Shown here: piece by piece, positions 8,173-16,655 of the stretch
Numbering within the stretch: position 1 is the stretch's first letter
Layout of the letters: every line of letters begins with the position of its first letter
Source of the DNA: a virus
Taxonomy: Duplodnaviria > Caudoviricetes
Strand: one strand, 5' to 3'
IMG/VR virus record: IMGVR_UViG_3300044759_000011
Span: 1 to 30,747 of that record
Length of the DNA: 30,747 bases
The notes under the pieces: generated by a model
Database searches by the model: none
The model's input: only the letters and a program-made list of their open reading frames with translations
Told to the model about the DNA's origin: nothing
Made by a program: the position numbers and the translations under genes

Positions 8173-10513
8173 TTGTCACCTCGGGCTTGGCAATATGCAA
8201 TTTGAACTGGCGCACCTCCTGGTCGGTGGCCTGGATGATCCAGCGGTCCTGCTTGGTCGGCGCACCCCGCTTGTACAGGTCGCGGCCCGGACCCAGCATC
8301 CTCGCCAGGACGACACCCGCACTGCGCAGGTTCTTCGGGTGCAACCTGTCCAGGTCGCACAGGGCCAGCATGTGCTGCGGCCCGATGATCACCTGGATGG
8401 GGTACTTGTCGATGTCCTTGCGCCGCTCCAGGCTTTCCAGGATGTCCTCGGGCACGGGGTCAGGTGCCTGGAATTTGTCGGAGGCGGCGGCACGCAGGGC
8501 CTCCTCCTCGTCGGTCAGGTACCACTGCTCGCCGGCCTCCCAGGCTACATACATCTGTGCCCAGAATTGCTGCATGTCCACGCCGTGGTCCACGTGCGGG
8601 CGGCCGATCACCTTGACGGCCAGGAACCGGCCGCTGCCGGTGGGATCGTTGAGAAACTTCTCGTCGTTGACTGACCCGCAGAAGGACGTGCAGCGTGGCC
8701 GGCACAACCAGATGGCCGCGTATGGCAGGCGGTACTCGTCTGTCTCCTCGGTGATGAATGCCTTGAGGGCGGCGATGTCGGACTTCCTGAGGGTGCCGTC
8801 CAGTTCGCCCAGTTCCACGATGCCGCCCTGCAGGGCCTCGTGCTTGCTGTCGCGTGCGCCCAGGCCGTTCAGGTTCAGGTGCTTGCCGATCTTGCCGAAG
8901 CCCGGGGCCAGCGACATCAGCCAGCGGGACTTGCCGATGCGCTGGTCGCCCACGAGCACGAGCACCATGCCCTTCTGCGACTCGCGCCGCACCGTCCAGC
9001 CGCACGTGGCCTCGATGGTTTGCAATGCCCAGCGACGTAAATACCGCCGCCACAGGTCGGGGCGGGTGGTTGTCACCGACCCGGCCAGTAGCTCCAGGCG
9101 GTCCTTGCCGTCCCACTTCTTCGCCAGGATCCAGTCGCGCATCGGGTGCCAGTAGATGCTGTTGGCGATCCGGGCGAAGCAGTCTTTCAACTTCTGCTCG
9201 CTTTTCATGCGAGCGCGGCCGAAGACATCGGTCAACGCAGCTTCCACCATGTCGGCAATCTCCCGCTCGGACTTGTTGCCGAAGCGGTGCATCTCGATGC
9301 GCTCGGGCAGGATGTAGCTGGTCTTGGCCGTCATCAGGTTCAGCCGGGGATGCACGTCCAGCAGGCGCAGGCCGGCCTCGACGTTCTCGTAACTGGTCGG
9401 CTGGATGGCCTTGGGCTTGCCCTCTGCCGTGTTCTCGATGTGGGGCAGCATGCCCACGTCTATGTGCCCCAGGGATGCGCGCAGGCTGACAAAGTCGTAC
9501 AGGTTATGGTCTTGCACGTTGTGCTCCAGGGTGGGCACCGTTACCGGTGGGGGTGGGTCCTCCCTGAAGCTGGCGGCCTCGCGCAGGATCTTTGCGAAGG
9601 CTTCCTGTACGGAGTCCTCGACAACCTCCTTCTTATTCGGGGCGGCTGGTTGCTTCAGCACCCAGTCGATGACCCGCTGGGCGTACTCGGCCTCCTTGCC
9701 GAACTGGCCGTGCGTGTGGTTGCAGTAGGGTAGGCACTTGCCAACGTCGCTGTCGGCCTTGTGCATGTACTTGGCTTCCAACCGGCCGTCCGTGTGCTCC
9801 TCCGGGAATGGGCACAGCATCGGCCACCAGCCGGCATCGTTCTTCGGGCCGATGATGTACCCGTGGTCCAGCAACCAGTCGAAGATAGGGTCGGGCATGC
9901 CGGCCGCTGGCGGCGTCTCGGGCTTGACGCGCCTGGGCTTCGGCGGACCCGGAAAAATTTTTAAAGAGGCTGCGAGACTCTCTAGCGTGTAAACGCTGAG
10001 TGGGTCGAAGTGATGCAGCACCGCCTCGAACGAGTCGCGGCCTTCCTTGTCGTTGATCGAGCCGGGGATCCTGAACAGGCGGCAGGCCCGGTTGACGGCC
10101 TTGTCCTGCATCTTGGCCTCTACGAGGGCGGCCACCAGGGCGTCGGCCGCCGGCACGTCCATGCACCACTCCTCCAGCAGGAAGCCCCACTGGAAGTTGC
10201 CGGGGCTTGTCTCCAGGATCCAGGTCGGGGTGGCGTGGATCATCTTTGCGTCCACCTTCGTGCCCACGTCATCGATCACGATGGCGCGCACGGCGTGCGT
10301 GTTCACGTCCTGGCGCAACTTCTTGTGGTCGCTGGCCCCGGTGTAGAAGTACCAAGCCCCGGGCGGCAATTGCTTGCCGTCCCAGGCCCACGTGCTGAAG
10401 TATTCGCCTTTCTTGAGGGTCACCAGGAAGTGAAGGCCCTCGGGGCAGCCCCGGGCGAGGAGGGAGAGAAAGTTGTACTGCGTGCTAACATTCGCGTCAT
10501 CTTGGGTTGACAT
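8165..10513 (-). CDS. DNA primase-helicase: N-terminal RepB-like primase plus C-terminal VapE/VirE-type P-loop ATPase
   Basis: IVIDDVG, PTWILETSPGNFQWGFLL and RLFRIPGSIN (RepB primase); LVLVGDQRIGKS Walker A, IVELGELD, and FCGSVND..FL.DPTGSGRF (VapE). Confidence 0.9.
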   Translation of the reverse strand: MSTQDDANVSTQYNFLSLLARGCPEGLHFLVTLKKGEYFSTWAWDGKQLPPGAWYFYTGASDHKKLRQDVNTHAVRAIVIDDVGTKVDAKMIHATPTWILETSPGNFQWGFLLEEWCMDVPAADALVAALVEAKMQDKAVNRACRLFRIPGSINDKEGRDSFEAVLHHFDPLSVYTLESLAASLKIFPGPPKPRRVKPETPPAAGMPDPIFDWLLDHGYIIGPKNDAGWWPMLCPFPEEHTDGRLEAKYMHKADSDVGKCLPYCNHTHGQFGKEAEYAQRVIDWVLKQPAAPNKKEVVEDSVQEAFAKILREAASFREDPPPPVTVPTLEHNVQDHNLYDFVSLRASLGHIDVGMLPHIENTAEGKPKAIQPTSYENVEAGLRLLDVHPRLNLMTAKTSYILPERIEMHRFGNKSEREIADMVEAALTDVFGRARMKSEQKLKDCFARIANSIYWHPMRDWILAKKWDGKDRLELLAGSVTTTRPDLWRRYLRRWALQTIEATCGWTVRRESQKGMVLVLVGDQRIGKSRWLMSLAPGFGKIGKHLNLNGLGARDSKHEALQGGIVELGELDGTLRKSDIAALKAFITEETDEYRLPYAAIWLCRPRCTSFCGSVNDEKFLNDPTGSGRFLAVKVIGRPHVDHGVDMQQFWAQMYVAWEAGEQWYLTDEEEALRAAASDKFQAPDPVPEDILESLERRKDIDKYPIQVIIGPQHMLALCDLDRLHPKNLRSAGVVLARMLGPGRDLYKRGAPTKQDRWIIQATDQEVRQFKLHIAKPEVTNE

Positions 10514-10555
10514 CAGTTACTCCGAGGTGCCGCGTGGTGGCGGCCTGTCTCAAGG

Positions 10556-10590
10556 AGGCCCCGGGAGCGATCCCGGGGCCTTTCTCATTT
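10556..10590. terminator. Stable hairpin (11-bp stem, GCGA loop) between polymerase and primase
   Basis: AGGCCCCGGGA-GCGA-TCCCGGGGCCT followed by TTCTCATTT on +; the U tract is better on the antisense (+) strand. Confidence 0.6.
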
Positions 10591-12666
10591 GACGTACCGC
10601 TGGCCGGTCTTGATTTCGCAGCCGAGTGGGAAGCCATCCAGCCATTCTGGCACCCGGCGCATCTCGCGCTGCAGGATCCGAGCCGCCATAGCGGATTCCC
10701 CAGCCTTGCTGTCGAGCAACAGTTCGTCATGTGTGTGACCGATGACGATGGCATCGATCCGGTGCCGCCGCAGGGCCTCGTCTGTGCGTGCTGCACAGTC
10801 GCGCAGCAGGGTGGCGCACAGGGCCTGGGTGACGTTCTCGGCCAGCAGGCCGTGCCAGATGCGCTCGGTGCGGAAGCCATTGGGCAGGGCCTTCTTGAAG
10901 GTCACCTCGGTTTCCCAGGCGTCGATGGGCTTGCCGCTCCAGCCATCGGTCTTGCCGTCTAGCTCGATGGGCGGGCGGCCACGCTCGACCACGGTCCCCC
11001 GGATGCCGTGGTAGTACAGGGTGGTCAGGCCGGGTAGCTCGCAGGCGACGCTGATGGTCTTGGGCAGCAGCGGCGGGATACGCTTGTAGGCCACGTGCCC
11101 GAGCCTCGTGTCGGTGCCCAGCACGGCCTGCATGAAGGCCCCGTACAGGCCCTTGCTGAACACCGTGGCCCACGGGTTGGCCTCGCGCCACGCGAACACC
11201 ACGTTCTCGGCATCGGCCGGGTGCAGGCTGATGCCGTAGCCCCGGGCCATCGAACGCAGCGCGCCCCTCGCGCCGCCGAACTGCAGCGACAACTCGGCCA
11301 CCTTGCCGATCTGCCTCTCCTCGTCGGGCACGTCGTCGTAGGGGGTGCCGAAGATGCTGGCCGCGTTGACCCGGTACACGTCGGTGCCGTCCCGGTACAG
11401 GTTCAGCTTCCACTGGCAGTCGGCCAACCAGGGCATGCCCTTGGCCTCCACGGCCGTCCAGTCGCCCCAGACCAGGGTGCGGCCCTCGGTGGCCCGGATG
11501 GTGGGCCGCAGCAGGCTCGCCAGGACGTGCATGACCTTGCCCTCTACCTTGTGCTCCAGCACGGCCTCGACGGTCGCCTGCACGTCCTTGGGCGTCTGCC
11601 TGGGGAAGTTGTGGACCTGGATGCCGGTGCTGCTGAACCGCTTGGTCTGGATGGCCCCGTAGCAGATGTAGGCACCCTGGGCACGGCCGCCCTCCTCGGC
11701 CCGACCGGCCATCTTGGCGTACTTGGCGACGCTGGCCTTGCCGGCGTCGTCCACTATCTCGATCAGGTCGATCACCTCGGGCTCGACATCCTTGGCCGCC
11801 TCCGAGCGCAGGAAGTCGGCGCGGGCGGCCTTGTCGGTCGATTCCTTCTCCACCTCCAGGTAGCTGCCGTCCTCCTGCTTCTTCCTGACCATGCGGACGA
11901 AGAATTGTTTAAACACCTCCTCGTCCAGCATGCTGCGAAGGGTTTCCTTGACGCGTGCGTGCTGGCTGGTGCTCGTGATGCGGCCGTCCGTGTCCTGCTT
12001 CAGGCGGGCGTTCAACTCGGCCTTCTCCTTGGCCCCGTATGTCTGGGCCGCCAGGGCCAGCGGCACGTCGATGGGCAGGCCGGCGTCGTTGATGCGCTCG
12101 GTCAGCATGTACTCCTCCTGCTCGTGCTTGAACAGGGGGACCAGCCTGGAGGCCACGAACACCTCGGAGATGACATCGTGCATGCAGTAGCGCATCAGGT
12201 CTATGTACTCGTTGGGGTCGTCGGCATAGCCCGTCAGAGGGGGCAGCAGCGGCTTGCACCACTTCAGCATGATGGCCGCACCCTTGCGCTTCTCGGCCAG
12301 GGACTGCCTGTTGCCCAGGTAGTCGAGGGCATCCTCCAGCCGACCGGGCAGGCCCCGGGCGCGGGCCAGGGCGGCCGTGCAACGCCACCTCTCCAGGGGG
12401 ATGTCCTTGTCCAGCACGTGGCGGGTGATCAGCCGCTCGAACTGGGCGTTCCAGGCGTGCATCTCGCACTTCGGGTTGCGGAAGGCGTCGCGCAGATCGG
12501 CGGGCATCTTGTGGCCGGCTGCGTTGGGCCAGCACTGGACCTTGCCGTAGTCGATGCTGTAGGCGCAGCACAGGATCCTGGTCGAGGGGTGTCTCGCGTA
12601 GACGTGGGCACCAACCATGCGAAGGTCGATGTCGGAGCGGGTTTCGTAGTCGAAGTGGCAGATCAT
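10585..12666 (-). CDS. Phage family A DNA polymerase with 3'-5' exonuclease domain
   Basis: ExoI DYETRS, ExoII AWNAQFE, ExoIII YCMHDV; motif A DWTAVEAK, motif B RQIGKVAELSLQFG, motif C HTHDE; start at ATG 12666 (MICHFDYE). Confidence 0.95.
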   Translation of the reverse strand: MICHFDYETRSDIDLRMVGAHVYARHPSTRILCCAYSIDYGKVQCWPNAAGHKMPADLRDAFRNPKCEMHAWNAQFERLITRHVLDKDIPLERWRCTAALARARGLPGRLEDALDYLGNRQSLAEKRKGAAIMLKWCKPLLPPLTGYADDPNEYIDLMRYCMHDVISEVFVASRLVPLFKHEQEEYMLTERINDAGLPIDVPLALAAQTYGAKEKAELNARLKQDTDGRITSTSQHARVKETLRSMLDEEVFKQFFVRMVRKKQEDGSYLEVEKESTDKAARADFLRSEAAKDVEPEVIDLIEIVDDAGKASVAKYAKMAGRAEEGGRAQGAYICYGAIQTKRFSSTGIQVHNFPRQTPKDVQATVEAVLEHKVEGKVMHVLASLLRPTIRATEGRTLVWGDWTAVEAKGMPWLADCQWKLNLYRDGTDVYRVNAASIFGTPYDDVPDEERQIGKVAELSLQFGGARGALRSMARGYGISLHPADAENVVFAWREANPWATVFSKGLYGAFMQAVLGTDTRLGHVAYKRIPPLLPKTISVACELPGLTTLYYHGIRGTVVERGRPPIELDGKTDGWSGKPIDAWETEVTFKKALPNGFRTERIWHGLLAENVTQALCATLLRDCAARTDEALRRHRIDAIVIGHTHDELLLDSKAGESAMAARILQREMRRVPEWLDGFPLGCEIKTGQRYVK

Positions 12667-12689
12667 TGGAGCCTCAGTCTTTATACGCG

Positions 12690-12722
12690 TAACGAAATAG
12701 GCCCCGGGTTGCCCCAGGGCCT
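12690..12722 (-). terminator. Intrinsic terminator-like hairpin downstream of the putative SSB
   Basis: Minus strand AGGCCCTGGG-GCAA-CCCGGGGCCT followed by ATTTCGTT. Confidence 0.55.
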
Positions 12723-12727
12723 GGGCC

Positions 12728-13429
12728 TCAGGCAGCCTTCTTGGCTGCCTTGAACGGGGCCGCCTTCTTGGCGGGCACCTTCTTGGCCGGTACGGGGGGC
12801 TTCGGGGGCATGGGCATGGCATCAATCTCCGGTAGTTGGTCCACCCAGTCTACAACAGTGAACAGGGGCGTGTACACAGTCCCGAAGGTACGATTCTTGT
12901 GCTTGTACGAATCGTTGGACAGGCTGACCACGGCAATCAGCCGCTTGGGATCCGCCTTGTACTGGGCGATGTACTCCTTCTTGAGGGATGCGATGGCATT
13001 GCGCCCACCGTGGGAGGTGGTGCTGTACTTCAGCGGCTGGCCGTTGAGCACCGCCGACAGGCCCATCAGTTCGGACCACTCGCGGCCGTTCTTGGGCACC
13101 TCTTGCGGGCACGGCGGCATGGGTTCGTGCATCGGGGTCCAGATGTCGCCCAGCAACTCGGTCTGCACGCCTGGAAGGTCGCTGTCGGCCCAGCACTGCC
13201 ACCCGTGGATGAAGCCACCCAGGTCGATATAGAGCACCTCGTCGTCCTCGACCGGTGTCTCCTCGACGCCGTGGGACCAGATGCCGGCCTTGCTCATCTT
13301 CAGGAACCCGACGCGGGTGGATCCACCCTCGCCCATGTTCACCATCAGGGCCTGGAATTTCTCCGGGTCCAGGGCCACAAGCTGGCCGCTTCCATTCCCG
13401 TTCGAACGGGTCGCTACTGCTTTCGTCAT
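12728..13429 (-). CDS. Putative single-stranded DNA-binding/annealing protein
   Basis: Position between exonuclease and PolA; motifs F.HGWQCW, YSTTS.GG, L..DSYKHK..FG.VYTP.F.VVDWV typical of phage proteins at this slot; GGAG RBS. Confidence 0.65.
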   Translation of the reverse strand: MTKAVATRSNGNGSGQLVALDPEKFQALMVNMGEGGSTRVGFLKMSKAGIWSHGVEETPVEDDEVLYIDLGGFIHGWQCWADSDLPGVQTELLGDIWTPMHEPMPPCPQEVPKNGREWSELMGLSAVLNGQPLKYSTTSHGGRNAIASLKKEYIAQYKADPKRLIAVVSLSNDSYKHKNRTFGTVYTPLFTVVDWVDQLPEIDAMPMPPKPPVPAKKVPAKKAAPFKAAKKAA

Positions 13430-13432
13430 TTG

Positions 13433-14563
13433 CTAACTCCTGTACTTTGCAAGTTCAAAATTCGCCATCAGACGTTCGATCTTCGTTGCTTCTGGCTTTA
13501 GTTCGGGCAAGGCCGGGGCTTCACCCGGGGGACACTTTACCAGATTGGTGCCGCTGGAAACCGCCACGATCATGTCCTTCAGTTCCTGCGGCATGTTGGG
13601 GTGGGCCTTCTCGGCCATGGCCGGGGACATCAGCTTGTCCTGCCATATCTTGATGCGCCTGCGGCGTGCGAATATCAGCACCTGTTCCTCACTCACCCAC
13701 TGGCGGGTCGCCCTTTTTGGTTTCAGCACGTACCCTGGAACCCCAGGTTTTCCCAGTGCAAGACACTCTGAGGCTGCCTTGTGGGCAGTCTCCCGCAGGG
13801 AGTTGATCCACGCATCCAGGCGGTCGGCCCGGTCGAGCCACAGGGCCACCGTCTGCAGGGTCATGCCCTTGGGCATGCCGGCCGCGCCCAGGGCCTCGAT
13901 CACCTCGCCGCGCAGGACGGGGCAGAAGGACTTGGCCTTGCAGAAGCGGCACCAATCACCAGGAACGATATCCGCGCCGCCGGCCAGGGCGGCATGGATG
14001 GCAGCCTCGGCGCGAACGCCCCAGGCCAGCACGTTGGTTGCGCTCGTGTCCCAGATCTTGACTTGGTCCTCGGTGTCGGGCGGCTGGACGATGGTGATGC
14101 GAACCTTGGGCGGGTGCAGCCCCATTTCCTTCAGCATGCGGGCCAGGGCCATGTAGGCGTAGGCCATGCCCTGGTCGTTGTTCATCGGGTCCACCAGGAT
14201 GCCGGCCCCGCACTTCAGGTCCACGATCTCCAGCAGGCCCTCGGCCTTGAAGTACAGCATCAGGTCGGGCGTGCCGAATAGCAGATCGGAGTGGTGGATT
14301 GTCTCCTCGATGGCGAAGGCACTGGCCTTCGCCATGCGGGCCATGGCGTAGTCCAGGTAGGGCCTGAGGAAGGTCAGGTCGGCCGGGTCGTGGTAGGCAG
14401 CCGGGTCGTTGCTCTCCAGGACGGCCTTGGCGACGCCGTGCAGGCGGCTGCCCTCGGCGGCGTACTCGCTGTCGGGCTCCTCGGGCCGCTGCAGCCCGAG
14501 GGCGAAGCTGCCGGGGCAGTTGATCCACCTCTTTGCGGAGGATGGGGCGAATGGTGCGTGCAT
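13433..14563 (-). CDS. DUF2800-family Cas4-like PD-(D/E)XK exonuclease
   Basis: HA.FAPSSA.RW.NCPGS, A.EGS.LH, FGTPD, IVDLKCG.G, Q..AYA and C-terminal WCRFCKAK..CP (four Cys, Fe-S type). Confidence 0.92.
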   Translation of the reverse strand: MHAPFAPSSAKRWINCPGSFALGLQRPEEPDSEYAAEGSRLHGVAKAVLESNDPAAYHDPADLTFLRPYLDYAMARMAKASAFAIEETIHHSDLLFGTPDLMLYFKAEGLLEIVDLKCGAGILVDPMNNDQGMAYAYMALARMLKEMGLHPPKVRITIVQPPDTEDQVKIWDTSATNVLAWGVRAEAAIHAALAGGADIVPGDWCRFCKAKSFCPVLRGEVIEALGAAGMPKGMTLQTVALWLDRADRLDAWINSLRETAHKAASECLALGKPGVPGYVLKPKRATRQWVSEEQVLIFARRRRIKIWQDKLMSPAMAEKAHPNMPQELKDMIVAVSSGTNLVKCPPGEAPALPELKPEATKIERLMANFELAKYRS

Positions 14564-14572
14564 GTTTAAACC

Positions 14573-15052
14573 TCAGGTTTCGTTGAAGCGGAGCGACATC
14601 ATCTCAGAGTAGCTGAACAACCCGGTGCATGCCCTGATGCCGACGTGGTGCCCGGTCAGCTTCAGGCATTCGCTGTCGTAGACCCAGGCCGTCTTCGGCA
14701 CCATGATGCGGCCCTCTGCGAAGTCCAGGCCGCTGGGCGTGATGCGCCAGAAGCCAGACACCTTGGCCTTGGGATCGTCGGGCTTCGGCAGTTCCTCTAT
14801 CAGGCCCCAATGCTTGAGGCTGGGGTAGTTGTGGGTCTTGACCATCCAGCGCGGGTACTGGTGCGTGCTGATCCATTCTCCGGGCCTGGACTGGTGTATG
14901 GCCCTGAACCACAGGATCGCACGCCCGCGTGCGGCGGCCGTGATGTGGAACGGGTTGACCTTCGCCCAGCGGCCACAGCACGGGCAGTGGGCACCCTCGC
15001 CGTTCATTTCGGCGCGCAGCCGTATCCGGGCTTCTGCGAGCGTGTCGGTCAT
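14573..15052 (-). CDS. Hypothetical protein with CPCC motif and winged-helix-like C-terminal part
   Basis: HCPCCGR; LKHWGLIE...GFWRIT.SG.DF; tight packing with neighbours. Confidence 0.75.
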   Translation of the reverse strand: MTDTLAEARIRLRAEMNGEGAHCPCCGRWAKVNPFHITAAARGRAILWFRAIHQSRPGEWISTHQYPRWMVKTHNYPSLKHWGLIEELPKPDDPKAKVSGFWRITPSGLDFAEGRIMVPKTAWVYDSECLKLTGHHVGIRACTGLFSYSEMMSLRFNET

Positions 15053-15053
15053 G

Positions 15054-15179
15054 TCAGCGGCTTTCGCAAGTGACGTTGCCGTTGTAGTCGCGGTAGCAGA
15101 CCAGCCGCTCGGCGTTGGCGTCCACGGCGACGATGAAGCCTATGCCGGCGATGATGAAGGTCAGAAGGGTCTTGATCAT
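15054..15179 (-). CDS. Small exported peptide (41 aa; predicted 18-aa mature peptide with 2 Cys)
   Basis: GGAG RBS; signal MIKTLLTFIIAGIGFIVAVDANA|ERLVCYRDYNGNVTCESR. Confidence 0.7.
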   Translation of the reverse strand: MIKTLLTFIIAGIGFIVAVDANAERLVCYRDYNGNVTCESR

Positions 15180-15303
15180 GTGAATCTCCAGTGTGGTGGT
15201 GCCCCGCCTAAGCACATTGGTCGAGGCGGCGGGGCGCATCCTCGGTATGACAGGCCCGGGGGTTACCAGGACCCGGGCCGCGCATGTGCCATGCGCTGTT
15301 ATG

Positions 15304-15654
15304 TCAGGCTATCTTGGTCACCCGAGCGTTGCTGCGCGCAACCCAGGCGGCCGTGCAGTTGGTGTTCGCGGCGATGATGGCGTCCAGGGCCTTGTCGGTC
15401 AGGCCGGCCTTCAGGGCCAGGGCCTGGGCCACGGCCTTCCAGTCGGTGGTCGAGCGCAGTTGGTTCGCCAGCGACAGGCGGAACAGTTCGCCCTCGTACT
15501 TGCCCTCGCCCGAGCGTTCAATCAGGACTTCCTTGATGGCGTCCAACTCGGTACCGATGTCGGCGGCGTCAGCCTTCAGGCGACCGAAGCGGTCTACCAG
15601 TTGGCCGGTGGCCGTGGAGGCGGGGGTCATGCGGGTGATGGTGGTGGTATTCAT
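15304..15654 (-). CDS. Hypothetical early protein (116 aa)
   Basis: GC3-biased frame, own promoter and A-rich leader upstream. Confidence 0.8.
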   Translation of the reverse strand: MNTTTITRMTPASTATGQLVDRFGRLKADAADIGTELDAIKEVLIERSGEGKYEGELFRLSLANQLRSTTDWKAVAQALALKAGLTDKALDAIIAANTNCTAAWVARSNARVTKIA

Positions 15655-15742
15655 GTCTGTCTTTCGTTTCGTTTGCTGCTGAAGGATTCAGTATATCAGT
15701 CCCCCAGGCTACGTGCGTGTAGCCCGGGGTTATGTAGGGTCT
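15655..15742 (-). promoter_or_regulatory. Leftward early promoter (-10 TATACT at 15690-15695) with inverted CCCCAGGCTAC/GTAGCCCGGGG boxes
   Basis: -10 near consensus; no good -35; shared box and AAACG-repeat leader. Confidence 0.6.
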
Positions 15743-16357
15743 TTAGCCGCCGACCGCCACGCCCTCGTGCGTGTGGCAGGCGGGGCAGGACATGTTGCCC
15801 TCGACCATCACGATGGCCGACTGCGACATGCGCCAGATCGCGCCGCAGTTGTCGCACGCACACTTCAGCATGCGGGTGGTCTGCTTCTTGACCGGGCTCT
15901 TGCTCTTGTCGAGCATCTGGTGGGGGAACGCGCCGTGCTTGTCGAGCATGCGCTCGGTGACCTTCGACAGAATCTCCGGGCGCAGGCCCATGGTGGTGGG
16001 CTTGCCCTCCAGGCCCATCCTGTTGGCGAGCATCACGAATGCCTTCTTGTGGCCGTTGGTGCAGTTGTCCACGGCATGCACCAGTTCGTGGGCCAGGATC
16101 GACATGACCTTGGCACTGTCCTCGATCTTCGGGCTGATGAAGATCTCGTTGATGCCGGCCTTGCTCGCCAGGGTGGACCAGCACTCCCCGATACGCTTCT
16201 GCGAGTCGCCGCCACCGGGCCACGAGCAGGACACCTGGACAGGCGGGACCACGATGTCGCTATCGCGGCGCATCGTTTCGGCGCGCAGCACCGACACGGC
16301 ATGCTGGAGCCACTGCTCGCGGGTGATCGACTTGACGGGCTTGGTGGTGGTGGTCAT
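15743..16357 (-). CDS. SprT-like zinc metalloprotease domain protein with C-terminal zinc ribbon
   Basis: EIFISP..LAHELVHA...GH...F (HExxH plus third His); C-terminal CACDNCG...CPACH. Confidence 0.85.
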   Translation of the reverse strand: MTTTTKPVKSITREQWLQHAVSVLRAETMRRDSDIVVPPVQVSCSWPGGGDSQKRIGECWSTLASKAGINEIFISPKIEDSAKVMSILAHELVHAVDNCTNGHKKAFVMLANRMGLEGKPTTMGLRPEILSKVTERMLDKHGAFPHQMLDKSKSPVKKQTTRMLKCACDNCGAIWRMSQSAIVMVEGNMSCPACHTHEGVAVGG

Positions 16358-16392
16358 GGGGTTCCTTGGTTGCTTGTTTAAACGACAATGAG

Positions 16393-16421
16393 AGTGTAGC
16401 TCGGGGCTATAACCTTGTCAA
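16393..16421 (-). promoter_or_regulatory. Sigma70-type promoter TTGACA-N17-TACACT
   Basis: Consensus -35, 17-nt spacer containing TAGCCCCGAGC, near-consensus -10; overlaps the end of the upstream gene. Confidence 0.85.
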
Positions 16422-16604
16422 ACGTCGGACATCCTGCTCCATGTTGCGCACCGCTCGCCAGTCGCCGGGTGTGCCGGCCCTGGTGTAGACGATGCCGCCG
16501 CGCAGGATCAGCACGAGGTGCTTGCCGCCCTTGTCCTGGCCGACCACAAGGCCCTCCTTGACCAGCCTCTTGATGGCCTGGGCGGCCTCTTTGCGATTGC
16601 ACAT
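16407..16604 (-). CDS. HicA-like (dsRBD-fold) small protein, possible mRNA interferase
   Basis: KGGKHLVL...G.V....GTPGDWRAVRN...DVRR pattern; GGAG RBS. Confidence 0.6.
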   Translation of the reverse strand: MCNRKEAAQAIKRLVKEGLVVGQDKGGKHLVLILRGGIVYTRAGTPGDWRAVRNMEQDVRRLTRL

Positions 16605-16655
16605 TCAATTCTCCGTAACGTAAAGCCCCAGGACACAGCCCGGGGCATGGGTGCC

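Noticed and set aside
12667-12825. N-terminal extensions in the ORF track (PolA from 12825; likewise 6650, 17797, 19088, 20051, 21846, 25311)
   Set aside because: They overlap upstream genes, terminators or promoters; downstream starts with RBS, promoter spacing or stop/start coupling fit better.
13433-14563. Cas4-like nuclease as evidence of a CRISPR-Cas system
   Set aside because: No repeat-spacer array or other cas genes; DUF2800-type nucleases are routine in phage replication modules beside SSB and PolA.
4089-16622. TTACGTTA occurring three times (4089 +, 7111 +, ~16615 -)
   Set aside because: Too few copies with inconsistent context; may be -10-like elements or chance.
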